Assembly (NCBI GenBank): GCA_002306385.1
Contig: DBRV01000003.1
Span: forward strand, 861 to 64,860
Direction: 5' to 3'
Length of the DNA stretch: 64,000 bases
Source: Candidatus Falkowbacteria bacterium UBA1359
GTDB lineage: Bacteria; Patescibacteriota; Patescibacteriia; Patescibacteriales; Patescibacteriaceae
Shown: one piece after another, positions 23,856 through 31,523 of the stretch
Position numbering within the stretch: the first letter of the stretch is position 1
Layout: each line of letters begins with the position of its first letter
The notes under the pieces: model-generated
Database searches by the model: none
What the model was told of the DNA's origin: nothing
What the model saw: the letters and a program-made list of their open reading frames with translations, nothing else
Program-made: the position numbers and the translations under genes

Positions 23856-26747
23856 TCCTCTCACCAATAAAGTAAGACTGGGGCTAGTAATGGTCTCTCC
23901 GGTCCACAATTCTGCCTCTGCTGTTATTACATAAGTACCATTTCCTTCTGCCGGCTTTGGGAAATTAATATCAGCCAATCCATTATCGGCCGGCTGGACG
24001 ACAGTAATAAGTTGGGGTGAAGAGCCTTTAATTTTATAATACACCTTAATCTTATGAGCTAATTTAAAATTAGTAATTTTAAGCTGAAGAGCCACTGGAA
24101 AATCAGCTGCTCGATAAGTAAGACCGTCATCAGGGGATAACCAGGTCATTGTTAAATTACCAACATTACTACCTCCCCCTAAAACAATAGTAAGCTCATG
24201 CTTGGTGCAATTTTTAACATCATCACAAGCCTCTATCGCTAATTTGTGCTGGCCATCAGGTAAAAAATCTAAACTAATTTCCTCATCTAAATGGTCAGCG
24301 TTAATGGTTTTTAATAAAAAGCCATTAATATAAAGATTAAAAGTTTTAACCCCTCGAGGTGCAGTAGCAGTAGCATTAACTAATAAAGTATGGTCAGTAA
24401 TTTGTTGCCCTGCTGATGGACTAATAATCGTTAAATCAGGTTGATTTTCAGGAATATGTAAATTATCACTATCTTTGGGTGGCTCACCTAAATTAAGCTT
24501 CTGCTTCTCGGCCCAACTCTTAACCCCCGCTTCCCAGGGAGCAAATTGAGGATCAGCTTCAGGGTTAGTGGGTGCTGGCCCGCGAGGATTCTCACGATCA
24601 ACATAATAAAGAATACAATGTCCCTGCCAATAACGGTCTTCGCGAATCATATCGGGTGGTGTAGAACTAGTAGCTAATAATCCAGAAACTTTATCCACCT
24701 TGACTACAGTAGTAGTCGGAATTACTCCATCTAAAACAGGCTTGCCGGTATCTTCAATTTCTGGCTTTTTAAATGTTTCTACTGGGGTACCAGTTAAAAT
24801 GCGATTCATGTAATTTTGCCAAATTGGAGCAGCGACTACACTACCGTCAGCACCCTTACTCATTGATTTATTGTCATTATTGCCAACCCAAACCCCGGTA
24901 ATAATTGACGGGGTGTAACCAATAGTCCAAGCATCTTTGTAATCATTAGTAGTGCCAGTTTTAACGGCTGCCGGCCGATCATTAAGAGTTAAATGATTTT
25001 TAGCCCCAAAAATATAAGCACGCTCCTCGTTGTCACTAAGAATATCATTTATCTCTCTAGCAATTTGCGGCTCCAAAACTTTAACATGTTCCGACTCGAT
25101 TTCTTCGAGAATTTTACCATCTTTATCTTCCACTTTTAATATATAGCGTGGCTTAACCATCTCTCCGTCGCGCGCAAAAGCACTATAAGCAGCTACGTGT
25201 TCCGCCAATTTTACTTCGCCGCCTCCCAAAACCAAAGATAAACCAAAACGACTTTTATCGTTTAGAGTAGAATAGCCTAAATTTTTAGCTACAGCTAAAA
25301 CATCATCTAACCCTGCCAGATAAAGAGTTTTGACAGCTGGGATATTAAGCGAACCAGCTAAGGCCTTTTTCATGGTAACTGGACCATATTCCTGACCATT
25401 ATAGTTATGTGGCTCATAAGGATTATCTGGGTCTAAAGAAAAATTAGTTATAACATCAAATAAAACCGTCCGTGGCGTATAACCTTTCATAAAAGCAGTG
25501 GCATAAACTATGGGCTTAAAAGATGATCCTGGCTGTCGGGGTCTTAAGGTTAAATTAACCTGCCCATCAATCTCATCATTAAAATAGTCTCTGGAACCTA
25601 CCATCGCTAGAATATCTCCTGATTTAGCATCCATAGAAAATAGGGCGGCATTACTAGCGCCAAAATTCTTAGCATTTTTTTCAGCCTGAGTAGTTACTGC
25701 CTCTTCAGCAATTTTTTGCTTTTCTATATCAATAGTAGAATAAATCTTTAATCCTCCTTGCTCTAACATTTTTTCACCATATTTATCTGCTAACTGATCT
25801 TTAATTTCCATCACAAAATGAGGAGCAATAATATTGCCGTTTTCTTGTAGGGGCTTAAACTGTAAGGGAAAATCTTTAGCTTCAGCTGCTTCCTCTTTAC
25901 TAATATAACCTTGTTCGGCCATTAAATCTAAAATGTAACGTTGCCGAGCTATTAGAGTCTCTTTATTGGGGCCATAGGGTGAATAACGGGTTGGGGCTTG
26001 AGGTAGAGCCGCTAAAATTGCCGCCTCGGCTAAATTAACCTGGCTAATGCTCTTACCGAAATAACGCTGACTAGCAGCTTCAACGCCATAAGCATTAGAG
26101 CCGTAAGGAATTTCATTTAAATACATCTGTAAAATTTCATCTTTAGAAAATTTCTTTTCAATCCGGTAGGCCAAAATAAGCTCCTTAATCTTGCGGGTAT
26201 ATGTTTTTTCTGAAGTTAATAGGGCATTTTTCACAAACTGCTGAGTTAAAGTAGAACCACCAGCCCGCCGATGGAACAAAACATTAGTGACAGCAGTGCG
26301 GAACATGGCCCATAAACTAAAAGCGCCATGGTTATAAAAATCTTTATCTTCAATGGCAATAGTGGCCTCCTTCACATAATCGGGAATCTGGTCAAGATTA
26401 ACCAATGTTCTTTTTTGATCACCATGAATCTCATAAAGGATAGTTTCTCCCTTACGGTCATAGATCTTAGTACTTTGAGCTATCTCTCTCTCTAGCAATT
26501 TATTAGGTGATGGCAAATCACGTGAGAACCACCAAAAGACACAGCTGCCAACAATTAGAAACAACAAAAATAGAGCTCCTAAAAATTTGATGATTTTAAC
26601 CCAATTAAGTCCCCGGCGTGGTTTTCGCTGGCCAGGCCGTCTATTGGTTCTTATAGCTAAAGCTGAACGATTACCTTTCTGATTAATATATCGCCGAGTA
26701 GAATAAGTTGAAGAGGGCTTGCGTACAACTAATTTTGGTATGGGCAT
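23850..26747 (-). CDS. class A penicillin-binding protein (PBP1A-type) with a long Ig-like C-terminal extension
   Basis: Glycosyltransferase motifs EDKDFYNHGA and GGSTLTQQ. Transpeptidase motifs SSFKP, SLN and KTGTT. N-terminal TM anchor. About 250 extra C-terminal residues. Confidence 0.9.
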   Translation of the reverse strand: MPIPKLVVRKPSSTYSTRRYINQKGNRSALAIRTNRRPGQRKPRRGLNWVKIIKFLGALFLLFLIVGSCVFWWFSRDLPSPNKLLEREIAQSTKIYDRKGETILYEIHGDQKRTLVNLDQIPDYVKEATIAIEDKDFYNHGAFSLWAMFRTAVTNVLFHRRAGGSTLTQQFVKNALLTSEKTYTRKIKELILAYRIEKKFSKDEILQMYLNEIPYGSNAYGVEAASQRYFGKSISQVNLAEAAILAALPQAPTRYSPYGPNKETLIARQRYILDLMAEQGYISKEEAAEAKDFPLQFKPLQENGNIIAPHFVMEIKDQLADKYGEKMLEQGGLKIYSTIDIEKQKIAEEAVTTQAEKNAKNFGASNAALFSMDAKSGDILAMVGSRDYFNDEIDGQVNLTLRPRQPGSSFKPIVYATAFMKGYTPRTVLFDVITNFSLDPDNPYEPHNYNGQEYGPVTMKKALAGSLNIPAVKTLYLAGLDDVLAVAKNLGYSTLNDKSRFGLSLVLGGGEVKLAEHVAAYSAFARDGEMVKPRYILKVEDKDGKILEEIESEHVKVLEPQIAREINDILSDNEERAYIFGAKNHLTLNDRPAAVKTGTTNDYKDAWTIGYTPSIITGVWVGNNDNKSMSKGADGSVVAAPIWQNYMNRILTGTPVETFKKPEIEDTGKPVLDGVIPTTTVVKVDKVSGLLATSSTPPDMIREDRYWQGHCILYYVDRENPRGPAPTNPEADPQFAPWEAGVKSWAEKQKLNLGEPPKDSDNLHIPENQPDLTIISPSAGQQITDHTLLVNATATAPRGVKTFNLYINGFLLKTINADHLDEEISLDFLPDGQHKLAIEACDDVKNCTKHELTIVLGGGSNVGNLTMTWLSPDDGLTYRAADFPVALQLKITNFKLAHKIKVYYKIKGSSPQLITVVQPADNGLADINFPKPAEGNGTYVITAEAELWTGETITSPSLTLLVRGL

Positions 26748-26820
26748 AAAAATATTTTATAATGAAATTATAGCAAATAATTGGAGATAATCAAAAATGA
26801 CTATCTAGGGCCGCCTACTC

Positions 26821-26849
26821 TTGCCGACCAACAAGGGTTATGTTATAAT
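26821..26849 (+). promoter_or_regulatory. promoter of the pilin-like array (TTGCCG-17-TATAAT with TGn)
   Basis: -35 at 26821-26826, TGtTATAAT at 26841-26849, 40 nt upstream of the ATG at 26890. Confidence 0.55.
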
Positions 26850-26889
26850 AGCTCCATCTTAATCTAATTTGTGTCTTAATAACATTTTT

Positions 26890-27279
26890 ATGAAACTATC
26901 TAAAAAAATTCTCTTTATTTGTTTACTCCTGCAATGTTTAATTATTAATCCTTTAACTTTACAGCCAGCTAAAGCTCAGGTTGATTTATGGGGCAACAAT
27001 GTGGGCACTAACGCTTTCAACAATATCGGCTTTAAAGAAAAAGATCCCCGGGAAATAGTGGCCAATATTATTAAAATAGCCTTGGGTTTCTTGGGAACTA
27101 TTGCAGTAGTATTGATTCTCTATGCTGGCTTCTTGTGGATGACAGCGGGTGGTAAACCAGATACGGTCAGCAAAGCCCAAAAAATTATGGCGGCAGCCGT
27201 CATTGGCCTAGTTATCATTCTAGCTTCCTATGGATTGACCTTGTTTATAACCAGATCATTAAGTAATGCCGTTGGATAA
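26890..27279 (+). CDS. TrbC/VirB2-like T4SS-pilin-like small membrane protein, paralogue 1
   Basis: Signal peptide ending AKA-Q, a variable segment, TM1, the FLWMTAGGKPD loop, KAQK, then TM2. Start moved to ATG 26890 (the track begins at GTG 26869). Confidence 0.7.
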   Translation: MKLSKKILFICLLLQCLIINPLTLQPAKAQVDLWGNNVGTNAFNNIGFKEKDPREIVANIIKIALGFLGTIAVVLILYAGFLWMTAGGKPDTVSKAQKIMAAAVIGLVIILASYGLTLFITRSLSNAVG

Positions 27280-27322
27280 AATTTAATAAAAATTAATTCA
27301 TTTATAAGCTAATAACAAAATT

Positions 27323-27712
27323 ATGAAAAAATGGTTAATTGGCCTTATGTCGTTAGTATGGGCCTGCAGCTTTATATCTTTATCCCCTGCGCCAGTTAGA
27401 GCAATTGACGTGTGGGGAACTGGCACCATAGATGCCTATACTAATGATCAAAATGGTGTGGGATTTTCTGAAACCGATCCACGAACAGTAGTAGCTCGAA
27501 TTATAAATATAGCTCTGGGTTTCTTGGGAACTATTGCAGTAGTATTAATTATTGTAGCTGGCTTTCAGTGGATGACAGCGGCTGGTAATGAAGAAAAAAT
27601 TGGTAAAGCCAAAAAATTAATGTCAGCAGCGGTCATTGGTTTGGTTATTGTTCTAATGGCTTTTGCTCTAAGCAGCTTTATTATTAATGCTGTTATTACT
27701 GCCGTTAGCTAA
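27323..27712 (+). CDS. TrbC/VirB2-like pilin-like protein, paralogue 2
   Basis: Signal peptide ending VRA-I, then GFLGTIAVVLI-FQWMTAAGNEEKIGKAKK-TM2. Shares an identical 30-nt block (gggtttcttgggaactattgcagtagtatt) with paralogue 1. Confidence 0.7.
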   Translation: MKKWLIGLMSLVWACSFISLSPAPVRAIDVWGTGTIDAYTNDQNGVGFSETDPRTVVARIINIALGFLGTIAVVLIIVAGFQWMTAAGNEEKIGKAKKLMSAAVIGLVIVLMAFALSSFIINAVITAVS

Positions 27713-27735
27713 TTTTGCTATATTAGCTACAGCTC

Positions 27736-27763
27736 AAATTTGCCAAAATATTTTGGCAAATTT
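27736..27763. repeat. perfect 28-bp palindrome AAATTTGCCAAAAT|ATTTTGGCAAATTT between paralogues 2 and 3 (hairpin, terminator or operator candidate)
   Basis: Read directly. It is followed by T. Confidence 0.8.
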
Positions 27764-27816
27764 TGCTTCAGCCTAATTACTAATTGTGCTGAGACAAAAT
27801 TTTTAAATGATTTCTC

Positions 27817-28212
27817 ATGGGCAAAAAATTAAGTATCATCAAAAATTCTTATAAATTATTCTGGATTTTCATTTTAGGGGTGGCCTTAATTCAAAATATT
27901 ATTATCCCCAATGCTAAGGCAGCCTCAAACTCTACTTTTGGCCTAGAGACAACGGCTAGCCATGCTGGTCTTGTAACGAATACTACCCTCCAGGCCAAGG
28001 TTGGACAAATAGTTGGGTCGGTTTTAGCTTTAATTGGAGTGCTTTTCTTTGTTCTAATGATCTATGGTGGTATCACCTGGATGACGGCTGGTGGTAATGA
28101 AACTACTGTCACCAACGCTAAAAAAACTATTACTGCTGCAATTATTGGACTAGTCATAGTAATTTCAGCCTATGCAATAACTCTTTTCTTGGGAGAAGGA
28201 TTGGCGGGATAA
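27817..28212 (+). CDS. TrbC/VirB2-like pilin-like protein, paralogue 3
   Basis: Signal peptide ending AKA-A, an S/T/N-rich variable segment, then TM1-ITWMTAGGNETTVTNAKK-TM2. Confidence 0.7.
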   Translation: MGKKLSIIKNSYKLFWIFILGVALIQNIIIPNAKAASNSTFGLETTASHAGLVTNTTLQAKVGQIVGSVLALIGVLFFVLMIYGGITWMTAGGNETTVTNAKKTITAAIIGLVIVISAYAITLFLGEGLAG

Positions 28213-28218
28213 TTTATT

Positions 28219-28626
28219 ATGAAAAAAAGAAAAAAATTTTTTGTATTAAGTGTTTTTACCCTCATCGTCTTCACACTCTACGTGCCTTTAAATTGTTATT
28301 CTAAAAATAATACTGCTAATGCTGCAGCAATTGATCTTTTCTCTAATAGTGCCAAGACAACTGCTAGTCAAATGGGTTATGACCCTCAAACTAACCAATT
28401 AACTATATTAAGTCAAATAAGTCTTATTGTTAATATTGTCTTTGGCCTAACTGGTGTCATCTTTTTTATCTTAATAATCTATGGCGGCATTCTGTGGATG
28501 ACTGCTGGCGGTAATGATGAACAAGTTAAAAAAGCACAAAATATTATTCAACGAGCCGCTATTGGACTTTTTATTGTGGTGCTGGCCTATGCTATTACTT
28601 ACTTCATTCTTAAACGAATTTTGTGA
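28219..28626 (+). CDS. TrbC/VirB2-like pilin-like protein, paralogue 4
   Basis: Signal peptide ending ANA-A, a variable segment, then IYGGILWMTAGGNDEQVKKAQNIIQRAAIGLFIVVLAYAITYFI. Confidence 0.7.
   Translation: MKKRKKFFVLSVFTLIVFTLYVPLNCYSKNNTANAAAIDLFSNSAKTTASQMGYDPQTNQLTILSQISLIVNIVFGLTGVIFFILIIYGGILWMTAGGNDEQVKKAQNIIQRAAIGLFIVVLAYAITYFILKRIL
28470..28608 (+). repeat. 139-nt conserved block, copy 1 of 3 (membrane-core coding part of paralogue 4)
   Basis: My hand alignment to 28868-29006 gives about 16 mismatches in 139 nt. Confidence 0.8.
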
Positions 28627-29072
28627 TAAAATCTCATTTCTTTAAAATAATCAATCAACGTGTGGTCATTATTATTATAACAATCATGACCATAATAATG
28701 CCCCTGCACTTTATAACGGCGCAAGGTATAAAGGATGCCTTCTCTGACAACACAATTAAAACGACAGGGAAAGCTGCTGGTTATGACACCACAAAAGACA
28801 GCGTTCTCCCTATAGTCGCTAATATTGTTAATATCGTCTATGGCTTAATTGGTGTTATCTTTTTTGTCTTAATAATCTATGCTGGCATTCTGTGGATGAC
28901 TGCTGGCGGTAATGATACACAAGTTAAAAAAGCACAAAACATTATTCAACGGTCAGCTATTGGACTTCTTATTGTTGTATTGGCCTATGCTATTACATAT
29001 TTTATCTTCAATGTCGTCTTTCGTGTCCATTATGTGCCATCAAACATTAGAGATTATTATATAACTACATAA
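28623..29072 (+). CDS. TrbC/VirB2-like pilin-like protein, paralogue 5
   Basis: The GTG start overlaps the paralogue 4 stop (GTGA). Signal peptide ending TAQ-G. Core IYAGILWMTAGGNDTQVKKAQNIIQRSAIGLLIVVLAYAITYFIF plus a unique C-terminal tail. Confidence 0.65.
   Translation: MIKSHFFKIINQRVVIIIITIMTIIMPLHFITAQGIKDAFSDNTIKTTGKAAGYDTTKDSVLPIVANIVNIVYGLIGVIFFVLIIYAGILWMTAGGNDTQVKKAQNIIQRSAIGLLIVVLAYAITYFIFNVVFRVHYVPSNIRDYYITT
28868..29006 (+). repeat. 139-nt conserved block, copy 2 of 3
   Basis: See copies 1 and 3. A 74-nt core (tatgctggcattctgtggatgac..cattattcaacg) differs from copy 3 at a single position. Confidence 0.8.
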
Positions 29073-29077
29073 GAAAT

Positions 29078-29476
29078 ATGACTAAAAAAATATTTGCTAT
29101 AAGTGCTTGGACTATAATTATAGCCGGACAGCTATTATTTAGTGGCCACACAGTTAAAGCTCAATCAACAAGTTCGGTAATGGAACATCTGAGATTAGTG
29201 GCTGGGGGTAGTTATGACATCAATACCAACGAGGATACACTATTAAACAATATAGCCACTATAATACAAGTAGTCCTTGGCTTGCTGGGTACCATTTTTG
29301 TCATCTTAATGATTTATGCTGGCATTCTGTGGATGACCGCTGGCGGTAATGATACACAAGTTAAAAAAGCACAAAACATTATTCAACGAGCGGTTATTGG
29401 CCTGATTATTGTTGTCCTAGCCTATGCTATTACTTACTTCATATTTAAGGAACTCGGAGGATTAGGGCCAGCCTAA
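29078..29476 (+). CDS. TrbC/VirB2-like pilin-like protein, paralogue 6
   Basis: Signal peptide ending VKA-Q. Core IYAGILWMTAGGNDTQVKKAQNIIQRAVIGLIIVVLAYAITYFIF. Confidence 0.7.
   Translation: MTKKIFAISAWTIIIAGQLLFSGHTVKAQSTSSVMEHLRLVAGGSYDINTNEDTLLNNIATIIQVVLGLLGTIFVILMIYAGILWMTAGGNDTQVKKAQNIIQRAVIGLIIVVLAYAITYFIFKELGGLGPA
29305..29443 (+). repeat. 139-nt conserved block, copy 3 of 3
   Basis: My hand alignment to copy 2 gives about 17 mismatches in 139 nt, clustered outside the 74-nt core. Confidence 0.8.
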
Positions 29477-29483
29477 AATAAAA

Positions 29484-29503
29484 CCCCGCTATTACTAGCG
29501 GGG
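29484..29503 (-). terminator. hairpin CCCCGCT-attact-AGCGGGG; terminator for the minus-strand lipoprotein gene
   Basis: A GC-rich 7-bp stem. The U-run exists only in the minus direction (plus strand aaaataaaa at 29475-29483). Confidence 0.6.
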
Positions 29504-29514
29504 ATAGACAGTGG

Positions 29515-30030
29515 TTATTTGTTAACAATAACCACCGCCTTTTGTCCGGCAGAAATCTGCCGGATTATTGTTGCCCGTTGGTTGTTTCCCCAGCCAACGG
29601 TAAAAACTAAGGTCCCCACAGGTACCCTAGCCTCAACGAGGCTGGCTTCCCCGGGGTTCAAAATTATTCCAGCGAATGGACCATCCAAAACGACGATCCG
29701 ATAATCACTAGCATTCACTAGTCTTGCCAAAGTGGTGCCGAAGATAGCTTGGCCCATTACCTGATTAGCTAAGTCAAGCCAGGCTTGACTAGTCTCGGGA
29801 GTTGTGGCTTCACGGGCCTTTTGCAAATAATAGGCCCGTAAATTTGTCCAGTCTTGGTCACCCCTCAACTGGATCCAATTCTCAGCAGGTAGGACGCCTT
29901 TCGCGTCAACAGCTAAAATCTGTTGACCGTTGGCGTCCAGCCCAACCTCCACTCTGGCCGTATTGCTGCTACAAGCAGCAATAACTAGAGCAATAATCAC
30001 TAGGGCGATAAAAAAGTATGGGCGTCTCAT
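29515..30030 (-). CDS. lipoprotein of unknown function, compositionally foreign
   Basis: Signal peptide with lipobox LVIAAC-S. SD GGAGG at 30037-30041. Hand G+C counts are 32/60 (29581-29640) and 33/60 (29881-29940). Confidence 0.7.
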   Translation of the reverse strand: MRRPYFFIALVIIALVIAACSSNTARVEVGLDANGQQILAVDAKGVLPAENWIQLRGDQDWTNLRAYYLQKAREATTPETSQAWLDLANQVMGQAIFGTTLARLVNASDYRIVVLDGPFAGIILNPGEASLVEARVPVGTLVFTVGWGNNQRATIIRQISAGQKAVVIVNK

Positions 30031-30096
30031 TTAACACCTCCTTATATTTTATGATTTTTAAGTACTATAATAGTAAAATAACACATAAAGTTAATT

Positions 30097-30135
30097 TTGT
30101 CAATAATTGACAAAGCTGCAATTTCTGAGATAATT
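30097..30135 (+). promoter_or_regulatory. nusA promoter candidate (TTGACA at 30107-30112, GATAAT at 30129-30134) overlapped by the 17-bp palindrome TTGTCAATAATTGACAA
   Basis: Read directly. The palindrome spans 30097-30113. Confidence 0.45.
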
Positions 30136-30142
30136 AACTTAT

Positions 30143-30170
30143 GCTAGTTTAGATTAAACTAGCTTTTTTT
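30143..30170 (+). terminator. intrinsic terminator-like hairpin in the nusA leader (GCTAGTTTA-gat-TAAACTAGC plus T7)
   Basis: A 9-bp perfect stem followed by TTTTTTT, 19 nt upstream of the nusA ATG. Confidence 0.6.
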
Positions 30171-30188
30171 ATCACTATATCATTTTCT

Positions 30189-31514
30189 ATGTCTGAATTA
30201 ATGAATGCCATTAAACTTATCTGCGAGGAAAAAAACCTCAATTATGAAGCAGTTATTGAGGCTATTGAATCAGCCCTAGCTGCCGCTTATCGTAAAGACT
30301 ATGGCGACAAAAATCAAAACATTAAAGTTAAATTTAATGAGGATTTATCTAAGATCAAAGTCTATGATGTTAAAACGGTAGTAGAAGATATGCCTCTCCC
30401 AACCTTTAACGCTCCGCTAACCTTAAAGAGCTTACAAGAGTCAACAGTAACTATAGATCCAGAAGCAGCTAAAGAATTAACCACCATTCGTGAAGATCAA
30501 CCGCCGACAGAAATCCGTGACGAAAATGGTGAAATTATTAGAAAATTTAATCCTAAAACAGAAATTCAACTTAGCGAAGCTAGACTAATTAAACCGAATG
30601 CTAAAGTGGGCGATGAAATCATTACCGAGCTACCAGCTCATACTGAATATGGCCGTATGGCTGCCCAGACTGCTAAACAAGTAATCATCCAGAAATTACG
30701 AGAAGCTGAGCGCGATATGATTTATGAAGATTTTAAAGATAAAGAAAAAGAGGTAATTAGTGGAATTGTCCAGCGCCGTGAAGGCCATAATGTTTTAGTA
30801 GATGTAGGGAAAACTGTTGGCATTATTCCACCCCAGTACCAAATACCTAGCGAAAATTACCGCCCTAATAGCCGCATTAAAGTCTTTGTAGAAGAAGTTC
30901 GAGTAAGCAATCGAGGGCCAGAAATTATTTTGTCTAGAACAGCTGACGAAATTCTTAGTAAGGTTTTTTATCTCGAAATTCCAGAAATATCTAACGGTCT
31001 AGTAGATTTAAAGGCAGTCGCCCGAGAAGCTGGCAGTAGGTCTAAGGTAGCAGTAGCCGCTAACAGTGAGAATGTTGACCCTATTGGTTCTTGTGTTGGT
31101 CAACGAGGTTCGCGAATCCAAACTATAATTAATGAAGTTGGTGGTGAAAAAATTGACATTATTGAATACAGTGATGATCCCAGTAAATTCATTGCTAATG
31201 CTTTGGCCCCAGCAAAAATTGAACAAGTAGAGCTTGACTATGAGAATAAACAAGCAACAATTACTGTTGATCCAGAACAATTATCATTAGCCATTGGCCG
31301 AGATGGCCAAAATGTCCGCCTAGCCGCTAAGTTAACTGGCTGGCATTTAGATATCGTCAGTTCAGCGGATAAAACAAACAAAACTCCGACCAAAGAAACT
31401 AACAAGAAAGAAAAGACTAATAAAACTAAAGTCATTTCAAAGGAAAAAGCTAAAAAAGTGACTAAAAAAACCAGTACTTCTGCCTCTAAAACCAAAAAAA
31501 CTGCTAAGAAATAA
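30189..31514 (+). CDS. nusA: transcription termination/antitermination factor NusA with a Lys-rich C-terminal tail
   Basis: NusA N-terminal domain, S1 domain (GIVQRREGHNVLVDVGK), two KH domains (CVGQRGSRIQTI; AIGRDGQNVRLAAKLTGW), and a KTNKTPTKETNKKEK...KKTAKK tail. Confidence 0.9.
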   Translation: MSELMNAIKLICEEKNLNYEAVIEAIESALAAAYRKDYGDKNQNIKVKFNEDLSKIKVYDVKTVVEDMPLPTFNAPLTLKSLQESTVTIDPEAAKELTTIREDQPPTEIRDENGEIIRKFNPKTEIQLSEARLIKPNAKVGDEIITELPAHTEYGRMAAQTAKQVIIQKLREAERDMIYEDFKDKEKEVISGIVQRREGHNVLVDVGKTVGIIPPQYQIPSENYRPNSRIKVFVEEVRVSNRGPEIILSRTADEILSKVFYLEIPEISNGLVDLKAVAREAGSRSKVAVAANSENVDPIGSCVGQRGSRIQTIINEVGGEKIDIIEYSDDPSKFIANALAPAKIEQVELDYENKQATITVDPEQLSLAIGRDGQNVRLAAKLTGWHLDIVSSADKTNKTPTKETNKKEKTNKTKVISKEKAKKVTKKTSTSASKTKKTAKK

Positions 31515-31523
31515 ACAAAATTT

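Noticed and set aside
28470-29443. Diversity-generating retroelement (TR/VR pair) as an explanation for the 139-nt repeats.
   Set aside because: Mismatches between copies are not adenine-specific (they include t/c, g/a, a/c and c/t). The conserved part is the membrane core and not a variable tip. No reverse transcriptase is present in the window.
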